Shown piece by piece: positions 24,937 to 64,000 of a DNA stretch of 64,000 nucleotides (its first letter is position 1; each line of letters begins with the position of its first letter). A program made the translations under genes and the position numbers. The stretch is from assembly GCF_009914755.1 (NCBI RefSeq), contig NC_060933.1, one strand, 5' to 3'. Under the pieces are notes generated by a model. It was not told where the DNA came from. It did not search any database and saw nothing but the letters and a program-made list of their open reading frames with translations. This DNA is from the human T2T-CHM13v2.0 reference genome, Homo sapiens.

Positions 24937-26560
24937 TGTATATTAGAAATTTCTAGCCAAGATTCATATATTCAGACCCCACTCTTCTTCCGAGATCTGG
25001 TAGTATTGTAAGAATGCTGACAAGTTCATTTTATTCATTTTATTTATTACAATAGAGGACATAGTTGTAATTCCTGCTTTATCCCCCTGAGATTCGCATT
25101 ACTTGCTGAATGATGCAGCTAACGTTTGACTGCTGCGTTGCAGCATTTATAAATAGCCTACGTCTTCAGTCTCCTCTAATAATATTTTGCAAATATATAC
25201 CTTTTTTTTTAAGTTACCTTAAATGGGAAGTTGTCCTTAAACATATAGAGAATATACTTAGCACTTCATTTCCCCTCCTTCAGTCTCTATGTGAACAGAC
25301 TTGATTGGCAAAATCAGAGACAGTTGGCTCCTTTGAGATAAGCAGTCAGTTGATTGCATTCCTAGGAAGTCGTCTCTGTTGTGGTTTTTAGGCAGTTAGT
25401 GGAACTGATAGATAGGCTGGTAAGATTGGAGTTTGTTTTTTAATGGCACGTTTCCCAGATTTTTCCTTTCTGGTGCTCTCAAAAGGCGTTAATCCCATAT
25501 GGCTGGGAACAGCCTGGAACGTTCTCTGTGAAGTCGGCCTTATCAGTCTGCTGCATATGCCAGGGAAGGGGTGGGGTGCTTGCAGCATGCAGCCTTGGTT
25601 GTGGAAGGAATGTGGCACGCCCAGGCTGAGCTGAGCTGACATTTCAGTAACTGACAGTTTCGGGTGAGAGGCTGTAGCACCTTTGGATGGCAGGAATTCT
25701 TAATGATATTTATGAGAATTTTCCTGTGTTTAATGTAGTCTGCAGAAATGACCCTTTTAGGAGCAAAAAGAAACTGGAACTCGTGTAGATAAACAAGAGA
25801 CAGCTCCCTGTCAGGTTAAGAGGGGGGAAACTCTCACTAACCCATAATGTTTTTTGATGTCTCCTGTAATTGCACAAATGAAAATTCTGAATGCTGACTG
25901 CAGTGGGAGCACATTGGTGACTTTCAGATACCCAGCTCCCCAGAGACAGCCTGTTGTGGCTTGGCAGACCTCCCACCTACTGACGTCAGCTGATCTACTG
26001 CAGGAAAGAAAAGTCCATTATTGCCTGACCAAAGCACTTGGTATAGAATTGACTCGTTCTACTTCACTGGGGTGACAAAGAGGGCCTTTTAGGTTGGTTA
26101 ATTTCAGCAGGGCCTTGCTGAACTGTCTCTCTGGATTGGCAGGATCAAATCAGCAAGCTGGGCCCAAGCAGGGGGACTTGCTCAGATGGAACCTTTGCGA
26201 TATTATGATGGAGATTTTCTTATCATAAAGGGCTGTTCCCAAATGTGATTTAATTTCTGTAGCAGGTAAAGGATTTTAGAAATGCAGTGACTCCTGTGAT
26301 AGGAGGCAGAACAGCACCATACACTCGAATCCTGGAGACTGCCATCTCTTTCAGGAGCTCGTGTGCAGTGTCGTTATTGTTCCATGTGTAACTATGCCTT
26401 CCTTGGAAAATTTCTTTACAAGAAAATTTTGGAAGCAAACAAATTAGATGCATAATTTCTCAATGTTTTTCCATCTTAACTGTTTCCTGAGGGTTGAGAA
26501 CAAAGGAAATATATAAATAAATAAGTCTAACCCTAATTGTTTACCAAGACTCAATCTTAA

Positions 26561-27520
<960 letters not shown>

Positions 27521-27576
27521 CTGTTTTTTCACTCCAAAGTGCAGATGTGAAAAGGAACTAATAAAGAGGGAGTGAA

Positions 27577-28631
<1,055 letters not shown>

Positions 28632-28974
28632 TCATCCTGGCCTTTGCAACTTGCTTACTAAATTACCTGTCTCCCAACTACTTAATTATAAAACGATGGC
28701 AGTTTCTTTATTTCCAAGCTCTGAATATAATTGGATCTATAATATGTGCCAAGTCCTGAGTTCTGTGCCCAGAGAGTAAGAGTAAAATATGGTCTTCTTT
28801 AGAGTTCCTTAAAGGACTTATGAATGTGGTAGGGAGAACACAATAATTTCATGGCAGAATGTGGCAGTGTTATAAGATGAATGATAGGGGTGGGTGGTCA
28901 GGGAGTGGAGACTTCTGATTCAGAAAGACTTCATAGAGGACGAGGCATTTGCTTTGGACTCAGAGATCTGTATG

Positions 28975-33207
<4,233 letters not shown>

Positions 33208-33593
33208 GCTTGAAAGGACTTCTGAATGGACTTAGCAGTGATTATTTGAATACCACAGTTGCTGTTTCCTCTGAATCCTTGAAGCCTTTGTAGAATTGAC
33301 AGTACAAACCATAGTTCTCCCATTCACAGTTTTCATTTGGTTTCCTTGCCGTGTGTGGGTTAGGCATCTTCTGAGGGCCCTATGTAGGTAGGTGTTGCAG
33401 GGGAATGGATGGCCGTTTTTAATAAAGAAATAGGATCTGGGCTTCATTGTTCCTAAGAAGGGGCTGTCTTCTCAATTCATTTGTCTCCTGGGTTTATCTG
33501 ATAATTATTTCTTTCCTTCAGAGAGGCTAATTACTTTTCATCTATTTTGGTGCCTATTGGTACTTATCTCAGCGCATTTTGTCATTTCAGAAA

Positions 33594-61218
<27,625 letters not shown>

Positions 61219-61274
61219 GTATGGGCAGTCTTCAGGCTCAGCTGAAAATTTGTTTAAAGATTTGAGTCTCTTGA

Positions 61275-64000
<2,726 letters not shown>

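Overview
Human-type (primate, very Alu-rich) genomic DNA containing the 3' end of GLE1 and the 5' half of SPTAN1. Both genes are on the + strand; from recall the locus is 9q34.11. GLE1 (mRNA export factor): the last seven coding exons lie at 362-8021, with the short GLE1A terminus (YQAC*) in intron 14 and a 3'UTR to about 9140. A ~10 kb intergenic stretch follows, with Alu/MIR/L1/L2/MLT2 relics and a U7 snRNA pseudogene. SPTAN1 (alphaII-spectrin): CpG-island/TATA promoter, non-coding exon 1 and coding exons 2-24, covering N-terminal spectrin repeats, the SH3 domain and the 60-nt alternative SH3-insert exon. Exon boundaries were read by hand and splice into continuous reading frames. I found no sign of an exotic or non-human system. 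The most interesting signals are in splicing architecture: (1) a 51-nt cassette exon in SPTAN1 intron 1 with an in-frame upstream ATG (MLSSFRKRRVQK-MDPSG...) followed by an RBFOX motif cluster; (2) a recursive-splice-type AG|GTAAG start of exon 18; (3) two GC-AG introns; (4) QKI/RBFOX motifs around the SH3-insert exon; (5) a stop-free in-frame GLE1 intron; (6) an Alu inserted in a GLE1 polypyrimidine tract; (7) a chimeric Alu with a ~65-bp duplication. Repeat coordinates are approximate and subfamily calls are by eye.
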